Assembly (NCBI RefSeq): GCF_000015225.1 | Contig: NC_008698.1 | Location: forward strand, 180,001-212,000 | DNA length: 32,000 nt | From: Thermofilum pendens Hrk 5 | GTDB taxonomy: Archaea; Thermoproteota; Thermoprotei; Thermofilales; Thermofilaceae | Reading direction: 5' to 3' | Shown: positions 8,188 to 16,348 of the stretch, one piece after another | Layout of the letters: the number at the start of each line of letters is the position of its first letter | Position numbering within the stretch: position 1 is the stretch's first letter | Notes under the pieces: generated by a model | Database searches by the model: none | Told to the model about the DNA's origin: nothing | What the model saw: the letters and a program-made list of their open reading frames with translations, nothing else | Position numbers and translations under genes: made by a program

Positions 8188-8751
8188 CTAGGGCTTGAAA
8201 ACATAATCTATTCCTGCTATCCTCGGCGTCACGAATGCCTCTATAACGGCGGCAATAAAAAGGAGGACTATAGTCACCAGAAGAGCTCGAACAAGTTCTA
8301 AAGCATGGGTATGAGTGTTGCCGCGAGACTTATGCAGAATCTCCTTCCACACAGAGATTCCGAAAGCATAAGAGCGGGCGGACACATAGAGGATGGCGGG
8401 TACTTCTATCACTCCGTGAGGGGTTAACGACAGGAGAAGCGTTACTATAGACGTCCTTTCAACCGCGTACATGGACACTGCGCCTACTATTACCCCATTT
8501 AGGAATACTATGAGAGGCGGGCCTATCACGGCTAGAGCTGAAAGTACGATTAAGAGCACTACCTTAACGTTATTGGTGAAGATGAGCAAAGCTAGTGCCG
8601 CGGGCGAGATACGGACGTCGAATGGGGTACTGCCAAGGTAGCCTAAAGCACTTTTCCCAGCAACTGGGTAGACCAAGAAAGCCCCGACGAGAATCCCTGA
8701 TGAGAAGAAGAAAACCATCAGTAGGAAAGCCTCCTTAACTCCTGAGTCCAA
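8188..8751 (-). CDS. SpoIIM-like (DUF95) integral membrane protein
   Basis: IFTNNVKVVLL...GPPLIVFLNGVIVG...PHGVIEVPAILYVSARS pattern with 5-6 TM helices. TTG start. Confidence 0.6.
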   Translation of the reverse strand: MDSGVKEAFLLMVFFFSSGILVGAFLVYPVAGKSALGYLGSTPFDVRISPAALALLIFTNNVKVVLLIVLSALAVIGPPLIVFLNGVIVGAVSMYAVERTSIVTLLLSLTPHGVIEVPAILYVSARSYAFGISVWKEILHKSRGNTHTHALELVRALLVTIVLLFIAAVIEAFVTPRIAGIDYVFKP

Positions 8752-8816
8752 ACTTAGTCCACCTTCATTTAACGCGTAACTTCCTGAAATATTTCTTACG
8801 CGCGAAAAAACAATGC

Positions 8817-10646
8817 CTAAAGAGAGAGGGGCGCCGGAGAACCGTCAACGCCGCCAACAACTTGAAGAGTTACTTTACCGGAAACCACTCTCACAAGGGT
8901 ATTTGAGTCACCGACGTAGACGGGAAGGGTTACCTTCGAGGACGCTGGGATAATTATACTCGTTTCATCGACTCGGCTCTTAGCCTCTGAAACTATCCTC
9001 ACCTTCGCCGAGAAGAGATTTCTGTTTTCAATTTCGATGAAAGCATGGTTGTTCGTCCTCCCGACTTCCCTTGCCTTAAGGTTTCCGAGTATTTCTCCAG
9101 CTATCTTCCGCGCCTCTGCTAACCACTCCTTTATAAACTCCCGTTCTCTTTCCAACTCTCCGTACCAGTAGAAGTCGCTGTCTATGGCTATAGCGATGGC
9201 TTTGAACAGCCTGTAGAGTGGTGAGTCGGGATCTGCGAGCAGGCGCTCAGCCTCCGGTTCCAGTAATCTATACGCTGATTCAACGTAGACTAAAGTTTCC
9301 ATTGCCTCGTTCCAGAGCTCGTCCTTTGCGCCCCCGGTCCACTGCTTATCCGAGAGCTCTACCCAGGAGCCCGACGGTATGTAGTCAAGGACGCGTTTCG
9401 GCGGGTTCTGGTCGAGGTACTTCGATAAAGTCGTGAGCCTTATTACCTGGCTCTCCAAGATGTACTCGAGCACTTTTTCCAGGAAGTACGGCGCGTACTT
9501 CCTGTACGCCGGCATGATCATCCAGTTCTCGCCGTCGAGAGCTATGGTTACAATCCCGCCTGGCGCGACCTCCCTCCTCTTAGCCAGCTCTATAACAAAC
9601 CTTCTAGCTTCGTTGTCCGCTTCCTCTGGATTCTTGAAGTCAACCTTGAAGCTAATCCAGTTGCTGAGCTTTAGGTCCCTGAAGAAGACGACGACGGATC
9701 TCCCGGAAATAGGGTCCTCGACGACGTATGGCTCGTAAATGTTCTCCTTGTCCCCACCAGCGCGCGTAAAGTGTTGCTCGCACAGGACGGTGTACCTTAC
9801 TCCGAGCGAGCCGTAGAGGTCGACGAGGTCCATGTGCCAGAACATTTCGGGTGTCCAAAGCCCGCTCGGCCGGCGGCCCAGGGCTTCCTCCACAATCTTC
9901 AAGCCCTCCCGGAGCTCCCACTCGATCAACTTCTTCGCTATCTCGTCGAGGCCCCTCTGCTTAGCCTTCTTCAGAACGAGGCCGAGAACCGTGTGGGCGT
10001 AGACGCTTCCCAGGGGCTCCACGATGCCTTCCCGGATCTTCTCCCTAAGAAAGCTCAGCAACCCCTCTACGTCCTCCTTGGTTGCTGTCGAGGACCTTAG
10101 CTTACCCGATAGAAAAAGCAACCACTGCTCCAGGAGCGACGGGGAGAAGTGGTCTACATCGATAAAGCCTGGTATACGTTTGTGCGTCTCCATGTGTACC
10201 TTGTAGGGTCCCCCCGAATACGCGTAGAAGTCGCCCTTAGCGACGTGTATAAATGCCCACTCGTCCTTTAGGCTCCCGTCGGGGTAAAACTGGGGGGCCT
10301 GGTGGTGATGCCACACGAAAGCTACGTAGATGGCTTCACCCTCCCCCGCGATGTAGACCTGCCTCTCTTCACATACAGCCTTGTCCGTCTCGAAGCAGAA
10401 GTACGCGACAGCCTCTCCAACCGGTACGTCGAATTTAACTTCAAAGTTGAACGTTGCTTTTTCTCCAGGCTGAATAACCGCTTGCTCGAACACAACGTAT
10501 ATCTGTTGCTTCCCCTGAGCCTTTAGGTTGAAGAAAGGAGTGCCCTTTACGGGAGTGCCTTCATCGTTCTCCACGGTAAAGTTCAGCGATACCTTGCTTC
10601 CCTGTAAGATTACAGCTCCGATTTTCCCAGGTGATACTTTCACCAT
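8817..10646 (-). CDS. Glycoside hydrolase family 57 protein (amylopullulanase/alpha-amylase-like), cytoplasmic
   Basis: All five GH57 conserved regions are recognisable: WHHHQAPQ (I), GIVEPLGSVYAHTVL (II), GLWTPEMFW (III, nucleophile Glu), IALDGENW (IV, acid/base Asp) and DSDFYWYG (V). No signal peptide. It has extra beta-rich segments of about 95 aa at the N-terminus and about 80 aa at the C-terminus. Confidence 0.8.
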   Translation of the reverse strand: MVKVSPGKIGAVILQGSKVSLNFTVENDEGTPVKGTPFFNLKAQGKQQIYVVFEQAVIQPGEKATFNFEVKFDVPVGEAVAYFCFETDKAVCEERQVYIAGEGEAIYVAFVWHHHQAPQFYPDGSLKDEWAFIHVAKGDFYAYSGGPYKVHMETHKRIPGFIDVDHFSPSLLEQWLLFLSGKLRSSTATKEDVEGLLSFLREKIREGIVEPLGSVYAHTVLGLVLKKAKQRGLDEIAKKLIEWELREGLKIVEEALGRRPSGLWTPEMFWHMDLVDLYGSLGVRYTVLCEQHFTRAGGDKENIYEPYVVEDPISGRSVVVFFRDLKLSNWISFKVDFKNPEEADNEARRFVIELAKRREVAPGGIVTIALDGENWMIMPAYRKYAPYFLEKVLEYILESQVIRLTTLSKYLDQNPPKRVLDYIPSGSWVELSDKQWTGGAKDELWNEAMETLVYVESAYRLLEPEAERLLADPDSPLYRLFKAIAIAIDSDFYWYGELEREREFIKEWLAEARKIAGEILGNLKAREVGRTNNHAFIEIENRNLFSAKVRIVSEAKSRVDETSIIIPASSKVTLPVYVGDSNTLVRVVSGKVTLQVVGGVDGSPAPLSL

Positions 10647-10721
10647 AGCTGATGACCACTTTCATGCTTAAAATGAGAAAACTTAGCTGGAAAGAAAATC
10701 CTTGTTATTAATGCTCGGTAC

Positions 10722-10997
10722 CTACTCCTTCTTTACGAGCTCTATCTCTATGGTGGAGACAGTCCTTTCCTTGCCTGGCTCGCCGACCTTCTCGCTACCG
10801 ATCTTGATGTTGCCGTAGTCGACTTTGCCACCTAGGAACCTTCTCACGAGCTCTGCAGCGTCGACAGCCCTGCTTATCGCTCGCCCTCTTGCCTTCAGTA
10901 CGACTCTCTTGCTCCCACTGGTAAACTGTGTCACTGCTGCTAGCACGTAGCTACTCACGGGCTTGTTACCGACGAAGACTGTTCCTACTTCCGACAT
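10722..10997 (-). CDS. albA: Alba (Sso10b) DNA/RNA-binding chromatin protein
   Basis: VFVGNKPVSSYVLAAVTQF..G.KRVVLKARGRAISRAVDAAELVRR...STIEIEL. This is canonical Alba, 91 aa, with a GGTGAG SD 5 nt upstream of the ATG. Confidence 0.92.
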   Translation of the reverse strand: MSEVGTVFVGNKPVSSYVLAAVTQFTSGSKRVVLKARGRAISRAVDAAELVRRFLGGKVDYGNIKIGSEKVGEPGKERTVSTIEIELVKKE

Positions 10998-11049
10998 TTT
11001 TTCTCACCAAGCCTTGTGTTTTTGTTTGCGAATGGTTCACAATCGAGGA

Positions 11050-11058
11050 GTATTTATT
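11050..11058 (-). promoter_or_regulatory. TATA-like element (AATAAATAC) of the albA promoter
   Basis: About 57 nt upstream of ATG 10997. The predicted leader of about 30 nt ends in GGTGAG-AAAAA-ATG. Confidence 0.4.
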
Positions 11059-11101
11059 CTTTGCGCAAGCTATCGCGCGATTCCTACAAGTGAATGCACG
11101 A

Positions 11102-12907
11102 TTACTTCTCTTTCTCTTCTTCTATAACAACGTAGTAGTACTCCTTCAGGACCTCCTTCTGGTAGCGATCCAGCCAGGAGCCTGGCTTGTTGATGCGTGG
11201 TCTTTTCGTGTCCGGGTCTCTCCTGAACGTTATGCCGACGCTTTTGAGGAATGCGTTCATGCCGTCCCTCATGTTTGTAGGCGGCGAAGCCTTGCCGTGC
11301 TTGCCGGGCTCTCCGTCAAACACCATCACCGTTGTCGCAAGGAAGTCCACGGCGACGATGTCGTGCTCTACTACGAACGTGGCTACGCCTTTCTCGGCAG
11401 TCAGCCTTCTAATCACTCTTGAGACCGCGTAGCGTTGCTCGACGTCTAGGTACGCCATTGGCTCGTCGAGGAGGTAGAGGTCGGCTTCCCTACCCAGAGC
11501 CGCAACTATGAGTACTCTCTGCAACTCTCCTCCGCTCAGCTCCTCCATATAGCTGTCGAAGAGCGTGTGAACCCTTAAGGGCTTTATAAGCTCTGACTGT
11601 ACGAAAGAGGACGCAGTATCGACGCCAGACTCCCTCAAAAATTCTCGAACAGTCCCCGCTACCTTCACCTCCCCGAGGAACTGGGGCTTGTAGCTCAGCT
11701 TTAGGGCGCCGATCCTCTGGACCCACCCCGCATCCGGCTCCAAAATGCCGGCGAGTATCTTAACGAACGTTGTCTTGCCGATACCGTTAGGCCCAAGTAT
11801 GCCTATGACCTCGCCTTTGTGTATTTCACCGGCAGAAACTTCGAGAGAGAAGTCTCCGAGGGTCTTCGAGAGGTCGCTCCACTTCAGCAGAACCCTTTCG
11901 GGAACCTGCGCTACCTGTGGTGGTTTGTCGTAGAACTCAAGCCTGTAGTCCCTGAACCTCACGTTCTCCTCCCTTAGGTAGCCGTCTATGTACGTGTTGA
12001 TGCCAGCTCTGACGCCCTTAACAGTGCCTACAACACCGTATACCCCTGGCTCGCCGTAGATTATCGATACGAGGTCTGACACGTAGTCTAAAACCGCGAG
12101 GTCATGCTCTACCACGACGAGGTACACGCCCGGCCGCGCAAGCCGCCTTATCGCGTCCGCCACTCGCAGTCTCTCCTTGACGTCCAGGTACGATGACGGC
12201 TCGTCTATGAGGAAAACGTTGGCATCCTTAACTATGGTGGCTGCGATGGCTACTTTCTGCATCTCTCCACCGCTGAGAGCTTTGACCGGTCTGTCCCATA
12301 GGTGGAGTAGGCCCAGCTCTTCTGCTACTTCGCGCGCCACTCCTTTCTCGTCAACCTTCTTCAGCGCCTCCCCGACGCTTAAGGTAACTTTTGCGAGCGC
12401 ATCCACGGCTTGGGGCTTGTAGGCTACGCGGAGCTTTCCCTGAGAGAGCTTTTCGAAGTACGTTTGAAGCTCAGAGCCCTTGAAGAAGTCTATCACTTCG
12501 TCCCAGCTAGGCGGGGACTCGAAGTTTCCGAGATTTGGCCTCGTTATGCCCGCGAGTATTTTGAGGGAAGTAGACTTGCCCACGCCGTTGCTTCCGAGTA
12601 TTCCAAGGGATCTTCCCTCCTTCGGTACTGGTAGCCTGAAGAGCTCAAAGCCGTTAGGCCCGTACCTGTGTACCAGGTCCTCAGCGAGCTTCTCCGGAAG
12701 GTTTACTATCGAGATCGCCGAGAAGGGGCACTTCTTAACGCATATACCGCATCCAACGCAGAGTTCCTCAGATATCCTCGCCTTGTTTTCGACCTCGTCT
12801 ATCCAAACGCATTTAGAGCCAGACCTGTTTATGGGGCAGAACTTGACGCACTCCTGGTTACACTTAGAAGGTCTGCACAGTGACCTGTCTATAACGGCTA
12901 CCCTCAT
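11102..12907 (-). CDS. abce1: ABCE1 / RNase L inhibitor-type ribosome-recycling ATPase
   Basis: N-terminal 4Fe-4S cluster domain (CRPSKCNQECVKFCP, CVGCGICVKKCP). Two ABC cassettes with Walker A GSNGVGKST and GPNGIGKTT and signatures LSGGEMQ and LSGGELQ. The track start is GTG 12919. ATG 12907 (MRVAVIDR...) matches typical ABCE1 N-termini. Confidence 0.93.
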   Translation of the reverse strand: MRVAVIDRSLCRPSKCNQECVKFCPINRSGSKCVWIDEVENKARISEELCVGCGICVKKCPFSAISIVNLPEKLAEDLVHRYGPNGFELFRLPVPKEGRSLGILGSNGVGKSTSLKILAGITRPNLGNFESPPSWDEVIDFFKGSELQTYFEKLSQGKLRVAYKPQAVDALAKVTLSVGEALKKVDEKGVAREVAEELGLLHLWDRPVKALSGGEMQKVAIAATIVKDANVFLIDEPSSYLDVKERLRVADAIRRLARPGVYLVVVEHDLAVLDYVSDLVSIIYGEPGVYGVVGTVKGVRAGINTYIDGYLREENVRFRDYRLEFYDKPPQVAQVPERVLLKWSDLSKTLGDFSLEVSAGEIHKGEVIGILGPNGIGKTTFVKILAGILEPDAGWVQRIGALKLSYKPQFLGEVKVAGTVREFLRESGVDTASSFVQSELIKPLRVHTLFDSYMEELSGGELQRVLIVAALGREADLYLLDEPMAYLDVEQRYAVSRVIRRLTAEKGVATFVVEHDIVAVDFLATTVMVFDGEPGKHGKASPPTNMRDGMNAFLKSVGITFRRDPDTKRPRINKPGSWLDRYQKEVLKEYYYVVIEEEKEK

Positions 12908-12927
12908 CTGTCCCCGCACCGCGGAGC

Positions 12928-13209
12928 CTACTCTTCCTCGGTTTCCTCCTCGGCGTAGGTTTCCAGGAAGACCTCGTAGTACTCTTCTTTCGCTTGGGCC
13001 CTCTCTTCTTCCGCCTGAGTAACGCTCTTCACGTCGAAGACGGAGACCTTTGTACGCTTATCCTCGGAGATACTCTCCCTCATCGAGTACCCGGCGGTTT
13101 CGGCTTTCTTCGCCTTCACCATGTAGCCGCACGACTGGCAGACCAGGTACGTACTCCTCTTTATCTTCTTCGGGAGCATAAGGCCCCCGCACTTCGGGCA
13201 AAACTCCAT
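12928..13209 (-). CDS. Zn-ribbon protein resembling only the N-terminal ribbon of TFS/RNAP subunit M (RPB9-like), with acidic C-terminal tail
   Basis: MEFCPKCGGLMLPKK...YLVCQSCGYM matches the FCPxCgnlL...CxxCGY N-ribbon of TFS/RpoM. There is no second CxxC...CxxC ribbon, and the C-terminus is EEYYEVFLETYAEEETEEE. A GGTGA SD lies 6 nt upstream of ATG 13209. The track start is GTG 13212. Confidence 0.6.
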   Translation of the reverse strand: MEFCPKCGGLMLPKKIKRSTYLVCQSCGYMVKAKKAETAGYSMRESISEDKRTKVSVFDVKSVTQAEEERAQAKEEYYEVFLETYAEEETEEE

Positions 13210-13248
13210 CACTGTTCACCGTTTGAGGATAGCTTATCCACAACACAA

Positions 13249-13259
13249 GTATTTAAAGC
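13249..13259 (-). promoter_or_regulatory. TATA-like element (GCTTTAAATAC) for the Zn-ribbon/ABCE1 transcription unit
   Basis: Centre about 45 nt upstream of ATG 13209, implying a short leader that carries a GGTGA SD. Confidence 0.35.
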
Positions 13260-13283
13260 TACGTGCACACCTCAACGCGCTGT

Positions 13284-13297
13284 ACAATTAATATACC
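13284..13297 (+). promoter_or_regulatory. TATA-like element (ACAATTAATATACC) for the THUMP gene
   Basis: Centre about 38 nt upstream of TTG 13329. Confidence 0.3.
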
Positions 13298-13328
13298 GGG
13301 GCGACCGTTATTTCATCGGTGTGAAAGC

Positions 13329-13901
13329 TTGCTAGGCGAGTTCAACCTCGTAGTCTCTACTTACAGGCAACGCGAGAACGACTGCATCTCAGAGTTATGG
13401 TTCTTCGCGAAGGAGCTCGGAGACTCCAGGCTTGACGCCAGCAAGACAGGCCTACCCTCTCTCGTCGTGGCTAAGACCAGCCTAGACCCGGAAGACTTCG
13501 TCGCTAAGGCTCGAGAGAAAATAGAGGAGAACCCGTGGTACTTCAGATACATCCTGAAGATAACCCCTATACAGGTTACCGTGGACGCCGACATCCAGCA
13601 AATAGTCGAGGCCGCTTTAAGGCTATCCTCTTCCAGGTTGAACCCAGGAGAAACATTCAAAGTCGAAGCCCACATAAGGCTCTCCGAGCTCCGGAGGGAG
13701 GACATCATCCGCGAGATAGCCTCTAGGATAACGAACAAGGTAAACCTAGACAACCCGGACAAGATAGTGCTCGTCGAGGTCATCGGGGATAGAGCAGGCG
13801 TCTCCGTGATACCTCCCTCGATGATCCTCTCCGTGGAAAGGGCGCGGCGCGAGGCTAAAGCTAGGAAGCACCAAAGCGAGCGCCTAGACCTCGAGAGCTA
13901 G
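13329..13901 (+). CDS. Stand-alone THUMP-domain protein (predicted RNA-binding)
   Basis: FNLVVSTYRQRENDCISEL...FRYILKITPIQ...FKVEAHIR...DKIVLVEVIGDRAGVSV is typical of the THUMP/ferredoxin-like layout. The track ORF starts at GTG 13263, but that region contains TATA-like elements. I prefer TTG 13329, preceded by GGTG. The start is uncertain. Confidence 0.65.
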   Translation: MLGEFNLVVSTYRQRENDCISELWFFAKELGDSRLDASKTGLPSLVVAKTSLDPEDFVAKAREKIEENPWYFRYILKITPIQVTVDADIQQIVEAALRLSSSRLNPGETFKVEAHIRLSELRREDIIREIASRITNKVNLDNPDKIVLVEVIGDRAGVSVIPPSMILSVERARREAKARKHQSERLDLES

Positions 13902-14411
13902 GTATACCATCCTGGCCCTCATATACCCGGGGACTTTCTCGGCTGGGACCCCTAGGCGCTGAGAGTAAAAGTTAAGCGAGCCAAGGAGGTCTGGCTCCGA
14001 CTCCTCGAATCCAAGCTCTCTGAAGAGCGCCAAGGCTTCCGCGGTCTCCCTGGGCTCTCTTCCCAAGGAGAACGCTACGACCCCGAAGCTTTCCGTACAG
14101 CTACTGAAGAACGCCTTCAAAGCTTCGCCTATGTTCCTGGACCCGTTCACGTAGAGCAAGACATCTAGGGATGGGTCGCGCGAAATGGTTTTTCCCTCCA
14201 TTATGCCTCGAACGGTGTAGCCGACTGCGGATACTACAACTTCGAGCGGAGGGATCTTTCTACACTCATCGAATAGCGTTACCCAAACATTCTCCGGGAG
14301 CCTTCCTTGAATACTCCTCACGAGGTCCTTCGGACAAACGGCACTCTTAGACTTGAGGCAAGCGACTCTTACTACAACCCTTTCACCTTTCACTCCGAAC
14401 TCTACCATCAT
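13884..14411 (-). CDS. cgi121: KEOPS complex subunit Cgi121-like protein
   Basis: By eye it resembles archaeal Cgi121: DVLLYVNGSRNIGEALKAF...FGVVAFS....LFRELGF... and a C-terminal RMVYLALEV. This is a weak, recollection-based call. The start could be GTG 14420 or ATG 14411/14408. Confidence 0.5.
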   Translation of the reverse strand: MMVEFGVKGERVVVRVACLKSKSAVCPKDLVRSIQGRLPENVWVTLFDECRKIPPLEVVVSAVGYTVRGIMEGKTISRDPSLDVLLYVNGSRNIGEALKAFFSSCTESFGVVAFSLGREPRETAEALALFRELGFEESEPDLLGSLNFYSQRLGVPAEKVPGYMRARMVYLALEV

Positions 14412-14427
14412 GGCGACCACGCGCTAC

Positions 14428-14436
14428 CTTTATACA
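14428..14436. promoter_or_regulatory. Single TATA-like element (CTTTATACA / TGTATAAAG) between divergent cgi121-like and SAM-hydrolase genes
   Basis: Centre at 14432, which is 27 nt from GTG 14459 (plus) and 21-24 nt from ATG 14411/14408 (minus). It is the only AT-rich box in the spacer. Confidence 0.35.
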
Positions 14437-14458
14437 GCCTTTTCCGCCCTTCTTCACC

Positions 14459-15250
14459 GTGGACAGCGCACGAATAATAGCATTTCTCTCGGACTTTGGG
14501 ACTAGGGACTACTACGTTGGAGCCGTGAAAGCTGTGGTGCACTCTCTTTGCCCTCAAAGCACCGTAGTAGACGTGACTCACGAAGTCGAACCCTGGTCGG
14601 TCGAAGACGCTTGCTACATCCTTAGGTGTTGCTACGACGATTTCCCGAGCAGAACAGTCTTCCTGGTAGTCGTGGACCCAGGCGTAGGTACATCGAGGAA
14701 AGCCATCATCCTCGAGCACAAGGGCTACCTCTTCGTAGGCCCCGATAACGGGCTTCTACCCTGCGCCGTTGGAAACAAGGAGTTTAAAGCCTGGGAAATC
14801 CTACGCGTACCAGGAGCCCGAAGAAAGACGTCGCACACTTTCCATGGAAGAGACGTTTTTGCCCCGGTAGCCGCATTTCTATCGTGCGGCGGGAGGCCCG
14901 AAGAGATCGGTCGAGAGTACGCGGACCCCGTTTTAATGGATATCGAGGAGACTATCCTCGAGGAAGGCTGGGTGAAGGCAAGAGTCATTCACGTCGACAG
15001 GTTCGGGAATGTCGCGCTCGGCGTTAGGCCCGAGAAATTCTTCCGGGAGTACGGTCCTACGAGAATCAGAGTAGCCTTCGATGATCACGAGGTAGACGTA
15101 CCCTTCGTTCGCACTTTTGGGGACGCGCCTCGCGGGTCGCTGGTAGCGCTCGTGAACAGTTGCGGGTACCTCGAGCTGGCTGTCAACATGGGAAATGCTT
15201 CCGAGGTGCTCGGGTTGAAGCCTGGAAGAATCGTGAAGATAAAGTTCTAG
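14459..15250 (+). CDS. SAM hydrolase / SAM-dependent chlorinase-fluorinase family protein (DUF62, S-adenosyl-L-methionine hydroxide adenosyltransferase)
   Basis: IAFLSDFGTRDYYVGAVKAV, VVVDPGVGT, VGPDNGLL and FHGRDVFAPVAA are the signature blocks of the DUF62 family. GTG start. Confidence 0.85.
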   Translation: MDSARIIAFLSDFGTRDYYVGAVKAVVHSLCPQSTVVDVTHEVEPWSVEDACYILRCCYDDFPSRTVFLVVVDPGVGTSRKAIILEHKGYLFVGPDNGLLPCAVGNKEFKAWEILRVPGARRKTSHTFHGRDVFAPVAAFLSCGGRPEEIGREYADPVLMDIEETILEEGWVKARVIHVDRFGNVALGVRPEKFFREYGPTRIRVAFDDHEVDVPFVRTFGDAPRGSLVALVNSCGYLELAVNMGNASEVLGLKPGRIVKIKF

Positions 15251-15259
15251 TGTAGCGCG

Positions 15260-16309
15260 CTACGGCGAGTACCCTACTCCCTTGACCTTTATGAGAACGC
15301 CGTTGCCCGTTCTTTCCACGGTGTAGGTAGCCCCTGTTATCTGCCTGCACAGCTCTAAAGCTGTTTCCGCGTGGGACGTCAGCTCGGTGGTGAGTATCGC
15401 CGACTCCCCCCTGGCTAGAGACATGTATATGACTAGGTTGTCCGATGCGTGAGGGTCAACCGGCGCTCCAGCTTTGAGGATGGGCAGGAGCCGCTCGGCA
15501 GCCTCGCGTCCAACGTCCTCCGCCGGCTTTCCACGCTCTCCCAGCGCGTCCGAACCTACAACCCCCTCGCCGACTCTCGCCCATAGGACTATCCCGGACC
15601 CCCTACCGGTGGCTGGCTGGTTGCAAACCACGTTCACCTTGCCCACGTTGAAGCCAGCACTCTCTATGCGTTCTCTCGCTGACCGCGCCTGTCTCTCAGC
15701 TATGTGGCACGGGAGGTTCCCCACGTAAGATGCCCCTTCGACAGGGCCGGGCGTAGACTTCGCGGTGAGGTTTATGGGTTCAAGGGGGTAGCCCGGCGTA
15801 GTCTCAACGTAAACGGCGCCTCCACCCTCTGGGTAGAAGCCTTCGCGCAACAACTTGCTACTGATCTTCGCTCCGAACTTCGAGATCAAGGGGATGAGTA
15901 CGTTTTCGAAGTACCTGTAGGGAGGGCTCCACCTCACCGACGTTCCCCCTCTCACCTCTAGGCCTACCTTGCCTTCAGCGGCCAGTAGGACAGGTAGGGA
16001 GGCTTGCAGGAGAAGGGTTACGCTTCCAGCTGTACCTATATCGGCGACGTACTTGCCTGGTGCAGGTCTTCTCAGCCTTGGCACGAACTTAACCTCTGTG
16101 GATCCAACTCTTAGACCTTCGGCCTCCCCTTTGACAAGCTCGGCTATGAACTTGAGTGCCGTTAGGTGTTGAGGCCTAAGGCCGGGCGGGTCCCTTTTAG
16201 CCCTTATGTTGTATATCCTTAGCGGCACATTCATTATCGCAGAGAGAGCTATGCTGTACCGGAGTAGCTGCCCGCCCCCCTCCCCCATGGAGCCATCTAT
16301 CTCTATCAT
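15260..16309 (-). CDS. rtcA: RNA 3'-terminal phosphate cyclase
   Basis: IEIDGSMGEGGGQLLRYSIALSAI...RIYNIRAKRDPPGLRPQHL N-terminus, and VDPHASDNL containing the adenylated His. 349 aa. Confidence 0.92.
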   Translation of the reverse strand: MIEIDGSMGEGGGQLLRYSIALSAIMNVPLRIYNIRAKRDPPGLRPQHLTALKFIAELVKGEAEGLRVGSTEVKFVPRLRRPAPGKYVADIGTAGSVTLLLQASLPVLLAAEGKVGLEVRGGTSVRWSPPYRYFENVLIPLISKFGAKISSKLLREGFYPEGGGAVYVETTPGYPLEPINLTAKSTPGPVEGASYVGNLPCHIAERQARSARERIESAGFNVGKVNVVCNQPATGRGSGIVLWARVGEGVVGSDALGERGKPAEDVGREAAERLLPILKAGAPVDPHASDNLVIYMSLARGESAILTTELTSHAETALELCRQITGATYTVERTGNGVLIKVKGVGYSP

Positions 16310-16348
16310 CTACGCGACCCCGGAACTACTTTCCATGGCACGTTTTTA

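Noticed and set aside
10647-10721. Possible C/D-box sRNA, suggested by CTGATGA at the GH57 start region. A similar GTGATCC...CTGA pair occurs at 28547-28652.
   Set aside because: No properly spaced box D (CTGA) or C'/D' pair for the first candidate. The second has a degenerate box C lacking the second GA and a span of about 100 nt, longer than typical archaeal C/D sRNAs.
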